A stretch of DNA of 64,000 bases, from NCBI GenBank assembly GCA_965223185.1, contig OZ244988.1, positions 2,500,613 through 2,564,612 of the forward strand, in the 5' to 3' direction. Under the pieces are notes generated by a model that worked only from the letters and a program-made list of their open reading frames with translations, was not told where the DNA came from and did not search any database. The stretch comes from Nitrospirales bacterium. GTDB lineage: Bacteria > Nitrospirota > Nitrospiria > Nitrospirales > UBA8639. Positions 45,701-51,077 of the stretch are shown one piece after another (position 1 is the stretch's first letter; every line of letters starts with the position of its first letter). The position numbers and the translations under genes are program-made.

Positions 45701-48664
45701 AGTGCGGGGGCCAACGGCAGCAATACCCTGACGCTCTCCGGCAGCCAAGCCGACATCAACGCCACGTTAGCCAGCTTGAGCTACCAAGGGACCTTGAACT
45801 ATACGGGCAGCGACACGCTGACCATCACGAGCACGGATGCCAATAGTGCCACGGATGTGGATACGGTGGCCATCACGGTGAGCAACGTGAACGACGCGCC
45901 GGTGAACACGGTGCCGGGGGCGCAAGCCGCGACCGAGGATACGCCCTTGGCCATCAGCGGCGTGAGTGTCAGTGACGTCGATGACAACCTGAGCACGGTG
46001 CAACTGGCGGTGACCAACGGGACGGTGAATGTGACCTTGAGTGGCGGGGCCACCATCAGTGCGGGGGCCAACGGCAGCAATACCCTGACGCTCTCCGGCA
46101 GCCAAGCCGACATCAACGCCACGTTAGCCAGCTTGAGCTACCAAGGGACCTTGAACTATACGGGCAGCGACACGCTGACCATCACGAGCACGGATGCCAA
46201 TAGTGCCACGGATGTGGATACGGTGGCCATCACGGTGAGCAACGTGAACGACGCGCCGGTGAACACGGTGCCGGGGGCGCAAGCCGCGACCGAGGATACG
46301 CCCTTGGCCATCAGCGGCGTGAGTGTCAGTGACGTCGATGACAACCTGAGCACGGTGCAACTGGCGGTGACCAACGGGACGGTGAATGTGACCTTGAGTG
46401 GCGGGGCCACCATCAGTGCGGGGGCCAACGGCAGCAATACCCTGACGCTCTCCGGCAGCCAAGCCGACATCAACGCCACGTTAGCCAGCTTGAGCTACCA
46501 AGGGACCTTGAACTATACGGGCAGCGACACGCTGACCATCACGAGCACGGATGCCAATAGTGCCACGGATGTGGATACGGTGGCCATCACGGTGAGCAAC
46601 GTGAACGACGCGCCGGTGAACACGGTGCCGGGGGCGCAAGCCGCGACCGAGGATACGCCCTTGGCCATCAGCGGCGTGAGTGTCAGTGACGTCGATGACA
46701 ACCTGAGCACGGTGCAACTGGCGGTGACCAACGGGACGGTGAATGTGACCTTGAGTGGCGGGGCCACCATCAGTGCGGGGGCCAACGGCAGCAATACCCT
46801 GACGCTCTCCGGCAGCCAAGCCGACATCAACGCCACGTTAGCCAGCTTGAGCTACCAAGGGACCTTGAACTATACGGGCAGCGACACGCTGACCATCACG
46901 AGCACGGATGCCAATAGTGCCACGGATGTGGATACGGTGGCCATCACGGTGAGCAACGTGAACGACGCGCCGGTGAACACGGTGCCGGGGGCGCAAGCCG
47001 CGACCGAGGATACGCCCTTGGCCATCAGCGGCGTGAGTGTCAGTGACGTCGATGACAACCTGAGCACGGTGCAACTGGCGGTGACCAACGGGACGGTGAA
47101 TGTGACCTTGAGTGGCGGGGCCACCATCAGTGCGGGGGCCAACGGCAGCAATACCCTGACGCTCTCCGGCAGCCAAGCCGACATCAACGCCACGTTAGCC
47201 AGCTTGAGCTACCAAGGGACCTTGAACTATACGGGCAGCGACACGCTGACCATCACGAGCACGGATGCCAATAGTGCCACGGATGTGGATACGGTGGCCA
47301 TCACGGTGAGCAACGTGAACGACGCGCCGGTGGCTGCCAACGATTCATATACGACTTCAGAAGATATTCCGATTACTACCACGCTTGGTACAGGCGTATT
47401 GGCTAATGATTTCGATTTGGATGGAGATACCCTAACCGTTACTACTACGCCGATTGTGGGCGTGTCGAACGGGACGTTAGTTTTGAATGCGGATGGCACC
47501 TTCACTTACACCCCCAATAGCGGGTGGAGTGGGGTGGATACCTTCACCTATCAGGTGACGGATGGGAATGGAGGTAATGCGCAAGCGACAGTGACACTTA
47601 CGGTCGTTAGTGTGAATGACGCGCCGGTGATCACGAGTCATGGGGGCGGTGGGAATGCGGCCCTTTCGATGGCGGAAAATTTGATGGGGGTGACCACCAT
47701 GGCTGCGACGGATGCTGATGGTGATCCGTTGACCTATAGCATTGTTGGTGGGGTCGATGCCGCACGATTTATGATTGATGCGAACAGTGGGGTTCTGAGT
47801 TTCGTCGGGGCACCTGACTTTGAAAATCCTACAGACCTGGGTGGCGATAATGTGTATGACGTACAGATCCAAGTGAGTGATGGACAAGGGGGAACCGACA
47901 TTCAAGCCCTGTCAATCACAGTGACCGACGTGTTGGAAGGGGGAGGTGCGCCACTTCCTACGCCTGATCCTACTCCTGAACCAGAACCTGAGCCAACGCC
48001 TGAGCCTACCCCCGAACCTGAGCCCGATCCTGTCTTGTCGGGTGCCCCCTCTCCCGTTTCGAATCCTATGGAGACCGGTATGGGGTTATTAGATGAAAGT
48101 GACATGGGCAGCCGTGGTATTGAGGATGAGCCTCATCAAATAGGGCACCAGGAGCCGGTCAATGTTTTAGATTTACCCCCATTGCTGCGCCCAGCTTCCT
48201 GGGCGACGACATCTGATCAAATTCGTGCGTATTATCCTGATCCTTTGGATATGAACAACACGGGGCTCTCTCCGGAAGTTCTTCAGCAGTTAACCCAATT
48301 TTCCGATGAATTAGGGCAGACTATGGAGGAACAGGTCGATGATCGTTCCTGGTTCATCAATACGGTCAAGGGCGCTGGACTTTCTTTATCAGCCGGCTTT
48401 GTGGCCTGGATGGTGCGAGGAGGGGCTTTAGTAGCTGGGTTGATGGCCTCGCTTCCCGCATGGAGACATTTTGACCCGGTGCCTATTTTGAGTATGGATA
48501 AAAAAGGTAAAGAAGACTGGACGCGGCGGGTGACAGAAGCCACCAAGTTGGAAGCGCATGAACATCAAGGCTTAGAAAAGATTTTAGGAGGATCTCAATC
48601 GAAGGGTCCGGAGTCTCTCTCTCAAAATCCTGTTGACCCACCCGCATCCCCCCCTCTCCCATGA
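33767..48664 (+). CDS. Giant repetitive surface protein 2 (about 4965 aa): Lys-rich N-terminus, LEPRIMFDGA motif, DUF4347-like domain, four LamG/ConA-like modules, cadherin-like modules, a long right-handed beta-helix, at least 15 NDAPVN-type 119-aa repeats (12 identical), Pro/Thr/Glu linker, C-terminal double-TM anchor
   Basis: A single uninterrupted 14.9-kb frame. I prefer the ATG at 33767 (AAGGAA 8 nt upstream) over the adjacent GTG at 33764. Motifs: LVALEPRIMFDGAALATGAEV; SDRKEIVFIDTAVDDYQTL...IHIISHGDPGELQLG; four W.FD.DATDSSGN.YDGTL ... DD/N.(K/R)IY.RALS modules (LamG_3-like); SLREAIIAANN followed by many N.I.GNYIGTDVTGT.DLGN coils; NDAPVNTVPGAQ repeats; PTPDPTPEPEPEPTPEPTPEPEPDP; GLSLSAGFVAWMVRGGALVAGLMASLPAWRHFDPVPIL. 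No GGxGxD RTX repeats were seen. Confidence 0.93.
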   Translation: MNKMMCKPATLDAVKEKKADTAKTKSGTPKKNKAKAQQEEAEPVSGIGLLVALEPRIMFDGAALATGAEVIQDTTTQDQTEIPGIDGETATDTTSTDSSDSEALWSSGLSLSAPSDRKEIVFIDTAVDDYQTLMEGIDPNAEVILLDPTRDGIEQIAEILGDRSDIDAVHIISHGDPGELQLGTGTLSFASMQEEYADELATISQALSQEADLLVYGCNFGEGGSGTEAANLLAALTGADVAASSDLTGAEALGGDWDLEMQTGTIETDVIVDEQAQEVFTGVLDITTGLVADWTFDADATDSSGNSYDGTLTGDASIDTADATDIVGEGKLSLDGTGDYVDLDAHISAFSGLTEGTIAGWVKVTDSGENILFGISDSGDSLSLAKFGIEAGGQVKWLIGEGGGIDVLAYSNQTVNDGAWHHIAITVNSSGTTMYIDGQVASVTYSGGSASSTNFFSTINDIDAADIGRSLRGGVSEAEFNGLADNVKIYDRALSLGDIQELVAQAPTSYGEIGHWTFDADATDSSGNNYDGTLTNGAIIDTTDTTDQVGGAKLSLDGTNDYVDLSSHVSNFSSLNEGTISGWINTTGTYETIFSISSTADANSYATLFVGASGYLTFEVYENGSPILAVYNGNGDTINDGTWHHVSISMSATGNSLYIDGQLIAPGDLIYDTGSASTSAFFNDVSGLDAMAVGRNENSSGGRWYTSGLIDDVRVHNRALSTAVIAQLAQEAPVANDDTATTTAGTPVTIDVKSNDTDLDSETITVLDVGNPTNGIVVNNEDGTVTYTANGNYTGSDSFSYLTADLDDTISYWRLDGDATDAVGSNDGTITGTTTVEGAYGDALSFDEVDDKVVISDFSYGNEFSLSFKIKIDDNSGSSFQYIYSHGDINSANSLNVFLGETSSGASNLLRTVIRDTNDTLENSALDFDVSSIIGDGQWHTYTLTVANGVGSKVYLDGVLKNTDTRGGEAFDPGTDLYLGARQDLDANRYFGGSLDSVQLFNRALSESEVEDTHTGGNSLGTVNVTVTTDSAPVNSVPGSQTTNEDTTLTFNTANSNLISITDDAGDTLVVTLSVNNGTATLSGTSGLTFTTGDGTADATMTFSGTVEDINTALDGLQYDPTTDYSGSDTLTLTSYDQILYSLDFDANLQGYYQFDSGDPGNDSSPGGTLDGTLNGDAAVITDGTRGDVLSLDGTGDYVEIAGTLSNPTNVTLSAWVKYSSAPANGGEVISIGNDIALRVDDWTQGVTGFFYDGTTHQFIGSSVSLADNNWHHIAFTFDDGANTQSLYIDGTLVASGNFTSSITYTGWFPQTTIGTHADLGDSSFDFSGLIDDARIYDRALSASEIQGMASAPVTASDTDTVALTVTSVNDDPVISSDGGGATANINVAENTTAVTTVTSTDVDGGTAIYSISGGLDAAKFSINSSTGELVFQAAPDYETPTDSNGDNVYEVIVLVSDGNGGTDTQTINVTVTDVANTLTVTTTADNNDSGIVAGDGNYDIEWLNANLGADSSISLREAIIAANNTTGTDTISFNISDPLVSGAHTIDVLSALPDITDSIIIDGTTEPDFAGTPIIELDGSSAGAGVDGLRLISGSDGSTIRGLVINQFSSQGIEINNSDGNTIAGNYIGTDVTGTVDLGNGSAGIYLFSAQNNTIGGTTAADRNLISGNQGSGILRQGSNGGNLIQGNYIGTDVTGTLDLGNTQNGIAFAGSGADTIGGSVAGAGNVISGNNMSGISIGVGADGVTIQGNIIGLNAAGTGIIANTGDGIALSSDNNQVGGTTAAARNIISGNTSDGIALDGDNNIVQGNYIGTDITGTVDLGNTDDGIDISGATNTIGGTTAGARNIISGNDQDGIEIGNATATGNIVQGNYIGTDVTGTLDLGNSDDGIQIFNGATFNTIGGTTASARNVISGNDGRGIDIFDAATTNNSILGNYIGLNAAGTADLGNTLEGIQIDTNAAGNTIGGAVAGAGNVISGNDAGGIIIGTGADNTTIQGNTIGLNAAGTGIVANTGHGITINANNTQIGGTTALARNVISGNSQDGIYVSSASGTTIEGNYIGTDVTGTVDLGNSRYGIYLLSATNTIIGGSVVGARNVIAGNTNSGIRDQSSSGTTIQGNYIGVDSTGTTAMGNSQGIQVWSSTNGTIGGSGANEGNVIGGNTNQGILFYGSSGYTAQGNYIGTDATGTVDLGNGGHGIVFSSTASNFVIGGTSAGEGNVIAFNALDGISAPSTASDISILGNQIYSNTGLGIDLVGGTEDGAGVTANDAGDADTGANGLQNYPVLTAVNTTGSSVSITGSLNSTASTTFRIEFYASAAADGSGYGEAERYLGYATVTTDGSGNCTMNLTESWAVASGEYVTATATVITDAGQVGVDDALAYGNTSEFSQNVVANTGPVNTVPGAQVVNEDTVLAISGISVADSNSNLSTVQLSVTNGALTVTLSGGATISAGTNGTSTLTISGTQADINATLASLTYQGDLNFNGSDTLTILSTDAGALTDTDTVDITVNAVNDAPVNTVPGAQVVLEDTALNITGISVNDVDGNLSTVQLSVTNGTLNVTLSGAATISAGANGTNTLTLSGSQADINATLASLTYQGTLNYVGSDTLTVLSTDTNSATDSDTVSITVNQDNDAPVVTASGGATSYTEQATATVIDNALTLVDPDGFDGTDPSDQYVGVVQITGNYEAADILGFTNTSKIQGNLSGDTLTLTVIGGQTATVAEFEAALRTVTFYSGSDTPSELDRTITFSFDDGVDSSNSSTKTVQVTAVNDQAIADLNGADGGGNNFSTTFMEGSGALNVTDTDATLSDVDHSTYDSLGINLSGFVDGTNEKITIAGYTFTFGTAETVVRTVGATDFEIDFDGSGFSIQKNISGEMPEADLQTLLRGITYENISENPTIGNRTIDFIPQDGDALVGQTSTSTITVAATNDAPVITNLGGDALAYTEGDGAQVEQSADAAVSDVDSTNFDTGTLTVSFQAGSDSAEDILSLRNQGTGTGQIGVSGSTVTYQGVTIGTFTGGTGGTDLVITFNASADATAVSALIQNITYENTDTDNPTTGARMVRYVLTDGDGGTSANYDTTITVSNVNDAPVNTVPGAQAATEDTPLAISGVSVSDVDDNLSTVQLAVTNGTVNVTLSGGATISAGANGSNTLTLSGSQADINATLASLSYQGTLNYTGSDTLTITSTDANSATDVDTVAITVSNVNDAPVNTVPGAQAATEDTPLAISGVSVSDVDDNLSTVQLAVTNGTVNVTLSGGATISAGANGSNTLTLSGSQADINATLASLSYQGTLNYTGSDTLTITSTDANSATDVDTVAITVSNVNDAPVNTVPGAQAATEDTPLAISGVSVSDVDDNLSTVQLAVTNGTVNVTLSGGATISAGANGSNTLTLSGSQADINATLASLSYQGTLNYTGSDTLTITSTDANSATDVDTVAITVSNVNDAPVNTVPGAQAATEDTPLAISGVSVSDVDDNLSTVQLAVTNGTVNVTLSGGATISAGANGSNTLTLSGSQADINATLASLSYQGTLNYTGSDTLTITSTDANSATDVDTVAITVSNVNDAPVNTVPGAQAATEDTPLAISGVSVSDVDDNLSTVQLAVTNGTVNVTLSGGATISAGANGSNTLTLSGSQADINATLASLSYQGTLNYTGSDTLTITSTDANSATDVDTVAITVSNVNDAPVNTVPGAQAATEDTPLAISGVSVSDVDDNLSTVQLAVTNGTVNVTLSGGATISAGANGSNTLTLSGSQADINATLASLSYQGTLNYTGSDTLTITSTDANSATDVDTVAITVSNVNDAPVNTVPGAQAATEDTPLAISGVSVSDVDDNLSTVQLAVTNGTVNVTLSGGATISAGANGSNTLTLSGSQADINATLASLSYQGTLNYTGSDTLTITSTDANSATDVDTVAITVSNVNDAPVNTVPGAQAATEDTPLAISGVSVSDVDDNLSTVQLAVTNGTVNVTLSGGATISAGANGSNTLTLSGSQADINATLASLSYQGTLNYTGSDTLTITSTDANSATDVDTVAITVSNVNDAPVNTVPGAQAATEDTPLAISGVSVSDVDDNLSTVQLAVTNGTVNVTLSGGATISAGANGSNTLTLSGSQADINATLASLSYQGTLNYTGSDTLTITSTDANSATDVDTVAITVSNVNDAPVNTVPGAQAATEDTPLAISGVSVSDVDDNLSTVQLAVTNGTVNVTLSGGATISAGANGSNTLTLSGSQADINATLASLSYQGTLNYTGSDTLTITSTDANSATDVDTVAITVSNVNDAPVNTVPGAQAATEDTPLAISGVSVSDVDDNLSTVQLAVTNGTVNVTLSGGATISAGANGSNTLTLSGSQADINATLASLSYQGTLNYTGSDTLTITSTDANSATDVDTVAITVSNVNDAPVNTVPGAQAATEDTPLAISGVSVSDVDDNLSTVQLAVTNGTVNVTLSGGATISAGANGSNTLTLSGSQADINATLASLSYQGTLNYTGSDTLTITSTDANSATDVDTVAITVSNVNDAPVAANDSYTTSEDIPITTTLGTGVLANDFDLDGDTLTVTTTPIVGVSNGTLVLNADGTFTYTPNSGWSGVDTFTYQVTDGNGGNAQATVTLTVVSVNDAPVITSHGGGGNAALSMAENLMGVTTMAATDADGDPLTYSIVGGVDAARFMIDANSGVLSFVGAPDFENPTDLGGDNVYDVQIQVSDGQGGTDIQALSITVTDVLEGGGAPLPTPDPTPEPEPEPTPEPTPEPEPDPVLSGAPSPVSNPMETGMGLLDESDMGSRGIEDEPHQIGHQEPVNVLDLPPLLRPASWATTSDQIRAYYPDPLDMNNTGLSPEVLQQLTQFSDELGQTMEEQVDDRSWFINTVKGAGLSLSAGFVAWMVRGGALVAGLMASLPAWRHFDPVPILSMDKKGKEDWTRRVTEATKLEAHEHQGLEKILGGSQSKGPESLSQNPVDPPASPPLP
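38590..40500 (+). repeat. Degenerate in-frame coil repeats of the parallel beta-helix region (about 22-aa coils in roughly 65-aa super-repeats)
   Basis: The protein shows recurring I.GNYIGTDVTGT.DLGN...GI.......N.IGG......RN.ISGN...GI blocks. The DNA copies are clearly diverged. Confidence 0.7.
40960..41670 (+). repeat. Two diverged copies of the NDAPVN-type 119-aa repeat, older paralogues of the amplified unit
   Basis: GPVNTVPGAQVVNEDTVLAISGISVADSNSNLSTVQLSVTNGALTVTLSGG... and NDAPVNTVPGAQVVLEDTALNITGISVNDVDGNLSTVQLSVTNGTLNVTLSGA... align along their whole length with the amplified unit but differ at many nucleotide positions. Confidence 0.85.
43021..47304 (+). repeat. 12 head-to-tail, apparently identical copies of a 357-bp (119-codon) in-frame tandem repeat
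   Basis: Unit starts fall every 357 nt: 43021, 43378, 43735, 44092, 44449, 44806, 45163, 45520, 45877, 46234, 46591 and 46948. The sense translation and two antisense ORF series (112 aa and 107 aa) are letter-identical in every copy. Partial identity extends to about 43012 and 47331. Confidence 0.97.
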
Positions 48665-50181
48665 ACCGTTCCACTCCCTTGCTTTGGATCAGCTTTGGAC
48701 TGGTCTCTCTCACTCTGAGTATTTTGCTCATGAGTGATCTGGCCGTGGATTTAGTCCCTAATCAAGCTAAAGAAATTTTTGAATACCGGCAAAAATACAG
48801 TGAAGCGTTGGCTGTTCAATATTCCCTACTGGCGGAAAATGGGGATAGCCGAGCTATTCAGGAGGCCTTTGACCTTTTAATTGAACGGAATGATGACATC
48901 CTATCTGCTTCTGTGATTTTAGCCAATGGTGAGACCTTGGCTGTTTCTGGTCGACACCATCAACTCTGGAAGCAACCTTCAGGAGACTCGTCCACCCCCG
49001 ATCATATTCAGGTCCCAATTTATAATAGCCGCGAGCGGTGGGGAACGGTTCAATTACGATTTCGATCTCTTGAGAATAAAGGGTGGCTCGATTGGTTGAG
49101 GGATCCATGGATTCAGTTTTTGGGTCTGGTCGTGGGGTCTGGGTTTATGGGTTATTTTTTGTATATGAAACGCACATTACATCAACTGGATCCCAGCTCA
49201 GTAGTTCCTTTACGTGTGAAAGCGGCATTTGATGTGCTGACAGAAAGTGTGGTGCTGCTCGATAATGGTGAACGGATTGTTCTTGCTAATCGAGCTTTTG
49301 GAGGTGTGGTCGGAAAGAATCCTAATGAGCTCGTTGGTACACGACTTGATGAATATCACTGGAATTCGGTTTCTCCCGCTCCACTCATGACCATCTTTCC
49401 GTGGAAGACGGCGCGCAAGGAAAAATGCGTGGAATTGGATTGTCCTATGAGCCTCACCGACGTTTCGGGAAAAGTGTTAAAGTTTCGGGTGAATTGTACG
49501 CCAATTCTTAATGATCGCGAACTTGTCCAAGGTGTGTTGGTTTCCTTTGATGATGTGACCAGGTTGGAAGAAACGATTTTGGAACTTGAATCATCCAAAA
49601 TGGAAATGGAAAGTCTCGCAATGCGGGATCCGCTTACGGGCATTTTCAATCGACGTGCTTTATTTGAGGCGTTTGAGGATCTTCATCAAGTGAGTATTGC
49701 AGAGTTGGGGGATTATGGCTGCATCATGTGTGATATTGATCATTTTAAATCGTTTAACGATCGTTTTGGTCATGCGGTTGGGGATCAGGTGATTCAAGTC
49801 GTTGGCAAAATTCTTTCCACCACGATTCGGCCAACCGATATCATTGGTCGATACGGAGGTGAAGAGTTTTGCATTTTATTACCTGGTCAAGGTCCGGAGG
49901 AGACGGCCATTGCCGCTGAACGTCTACGTCTTGCTATTTCGGCTCGTGCCAGCCAAGCCATACGCACGACAGGAGATAACCGTATTACCATGAGCTTTGG
50001 AACGTCCTGTTTATCTTTGGGCGCCTCTGACCCTTTGGAATTGGTCGATCAGGCGGATAAGGCTTTGTATGTTGCAAAACAAGCTGGCCGGAACCAGGTG
50101 GGACAATGGACTTCCGAAGGTCCCCAAGCCGGTCTTCCTATTACATTAGAAGTAGAGAGTTTTGCAGGGTCAGTCGACTAG
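48661..50181 (+). CDS. Membrane sensor diguanylate cyclase: TM, periplasmic domain, TM, PAS and GGDEF
   Basis: Active-site RYGGEEF with an RPTD (RxxD I-site) five residues upstream, plus DIDHFKSFND. The first ~310 aa are paralogous to the N-terminus of the hybrid kinase at 17356-19869. The ATG overlaps the giant gene stop (ATGA at 48661-48664). Confidence 0.9.
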   Translation: MNRSTPLLWISFGLVSLTLSILLMSDLAVDLVPNQAKEIFEYRQKYSEALAVQYSLLAENGDSRAIQEAFDLLIERNDDILSASVILANGETLAVSGRHHQLWKQPSGDSSTPDHIQVPIYNSRERWGTVQLRFRSLENKGWLDWLRDPWIQFLGLVVGSGFMGYFLYMKRTLHQLDPSSVVPLRVKAAFDVLTESVVLLDNGERIVLANRAFGGVVGKNPNELVGTRLDEYHWNSVSPAPLMTIFPWKTARKEKCVELDCPMSLTDVSGKVLKFRVNCTPILNDRELVQGVLVSFDDVTRLEETILELESSKMEMESLAMRDPLTGIFNRRALFEAFEDLHQVSIAELGDYGCIMCDIDHFKSFNDRFGHAVGDQVIQVVGKILSTTIRPTDIIGRYGGEEFCILLPGQGPEETAIAAERLRLAISARASQAIRTTGDNRITMSFGTSCLSLGASDPLELVDQADKALYVAKQAGRNQVGQWTSEGPQAGLPITLEVESFAGSVD

Positions 50182-50231
50182 ACCTAATGGAAGGAGTACC
50201 GAATCCACTCATTAAGGGCTCAAGGGCAACG

Positions 50232-50981
50232 TTAGTTCTTGGATTTCATGGCCTGATGGAGCGTATCGGTGATCCACAGTTTAAAAAATCGTTGAGCAGA
50301 TTTGTGGTAAGTCTTGAGTCTTTCCGGCACCTCTTTCATGGAGAATTGGCCATCCACGAAGAAGTCGTGATCGATGAGGTAGCCCATTTCTTGAACTGGT
50401 TGAGCTACAGGTAGCAAACCATGGCGTACGCAGACCATGTCTTGCCCACCATTTAATCCCATCAACACTTCACTATGTGTAGCTTTCAAATCTCCGGCCG
50501 TTCCTGCCCAAGCCAGGTCGCTGGTCCATTGGTGGTGGAGGAGTTGGTTCCATTCTTTATCGGTGACACCTAAAGCTGATTTGCGAACGATGTTGCGAAA
50601 TCGTAATCCGATGCGCAATAGAAATTGTGGAGGGTATTCTTGTTCTAAGGCCGTCATCGCGCTTTGTATATGTTTGGAAAAGTTCTTCCATTCATCATAC
50701 TGTCTGGCTACCAGAGTCAGAGATCCTTTGCCCAAGACGGCTTGCCATCGTTGATCTGTGCTGAGGAAATTATAAGCTGTTTTATCCTGTGTCAACGAAA
50801 AAAGAGGAAATAGATTTTTAATTTTATCTTGAAATCCAACTGGTGGAGCTGCGGAAATTTTTAAGTTCTGTGGAAACGTTAATTGGCAGGTAACATCCAG
50901 TAAAGGTGTATTGGCATAGCTAGCTGTCGGGGTATCGGTCTGTGTCATGCTTGGGTTTCCTTGTTTCCGTTTTTCCATCAT
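50232..50981 (-). CDS. Conserved hypothetical protein, TIGR04255-like
   Basis: 249-aa ORF. The N-terminal YANTPLLDVTCQLTFPQ resembles the start of the TIGR04255 family as I remember it. Coordinates are taken from the ORF track. Confidence 0.5.
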   Translation of the reverse strand: MMEKRKQGNPSMTQTDTPTASYANTPLLDVTCQLTFPQNLKISAAPPVGFQDKIKNLFPLFSLTQDKTAYNFLSTDQRWQAVLGKGSLTLVARQYDEWKNFSKHIQSAMTALEQEYPPQFLLRIGLRFRNIVRKSALGVTDKEWNQLLHHQWTSDLAWAGTAGDLKATHSEVLMGLNGGQDMVCVRHGLLPVAQPVQEMGYLIDHDFFVDGQFSMKEVPERLKTYHKSAQRFFKLWITDTLHQAMKSKN

Positions 50982-51077
50982 TCGATTTCTTTTCTGGAAT
51001 TTTTTTTGTTGACGAGATTTTTGTCTTTTTTCTTTTCAGAATCGAGAGTGGGCATCTTTCTGTTGGGCTTCATGCCT

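Noticed and set aside
42896-47505. Two series of identical antisense ORFs (112 aa MAAGERQGIAAVGPRTDGG... and 107 aa MALMSAWLPESVRVLL...) repeated every 357 bp on the minus strand
   Set aside because: They lie entirely inside the 14.9-kb sense frame of the giant gene and are a by-product of a GC-rich repeat lacking stop codons in other frames. They have no independent start context, and their Arg/Gly/His-rich composition is typical of antisense translation. They are useful only as evidence that the copies are nucleotide-identical.
33767-48664. A classical RTX/T1SS adhesin (LapA-like) interpretation of the giant proteins
   Set aside because: I found no GGxGxD nonapeptide repeats, no C-terminal T1SS signal region (the C-terminus is a TM anchor), no ABC transporter and no LapG/LapD homologues. 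Only the TolC-like and HlyD-like genes resemble T1SS parts.
50880-51015. An apparent single-base discrepancy (an extra C near 50940 and one T too few in the T-run near 51001) in my manual reading. It would frameshift the TIGR04255-like gene.
   Set aside because: The supplied ORF track gives an uninterrupted 249-aa frame at 50232..50981 and a consistent plus-strand ORF at 50961..51194. The discrepancy is most likely my misreading of homopolymer runs, so I trust the computed track.
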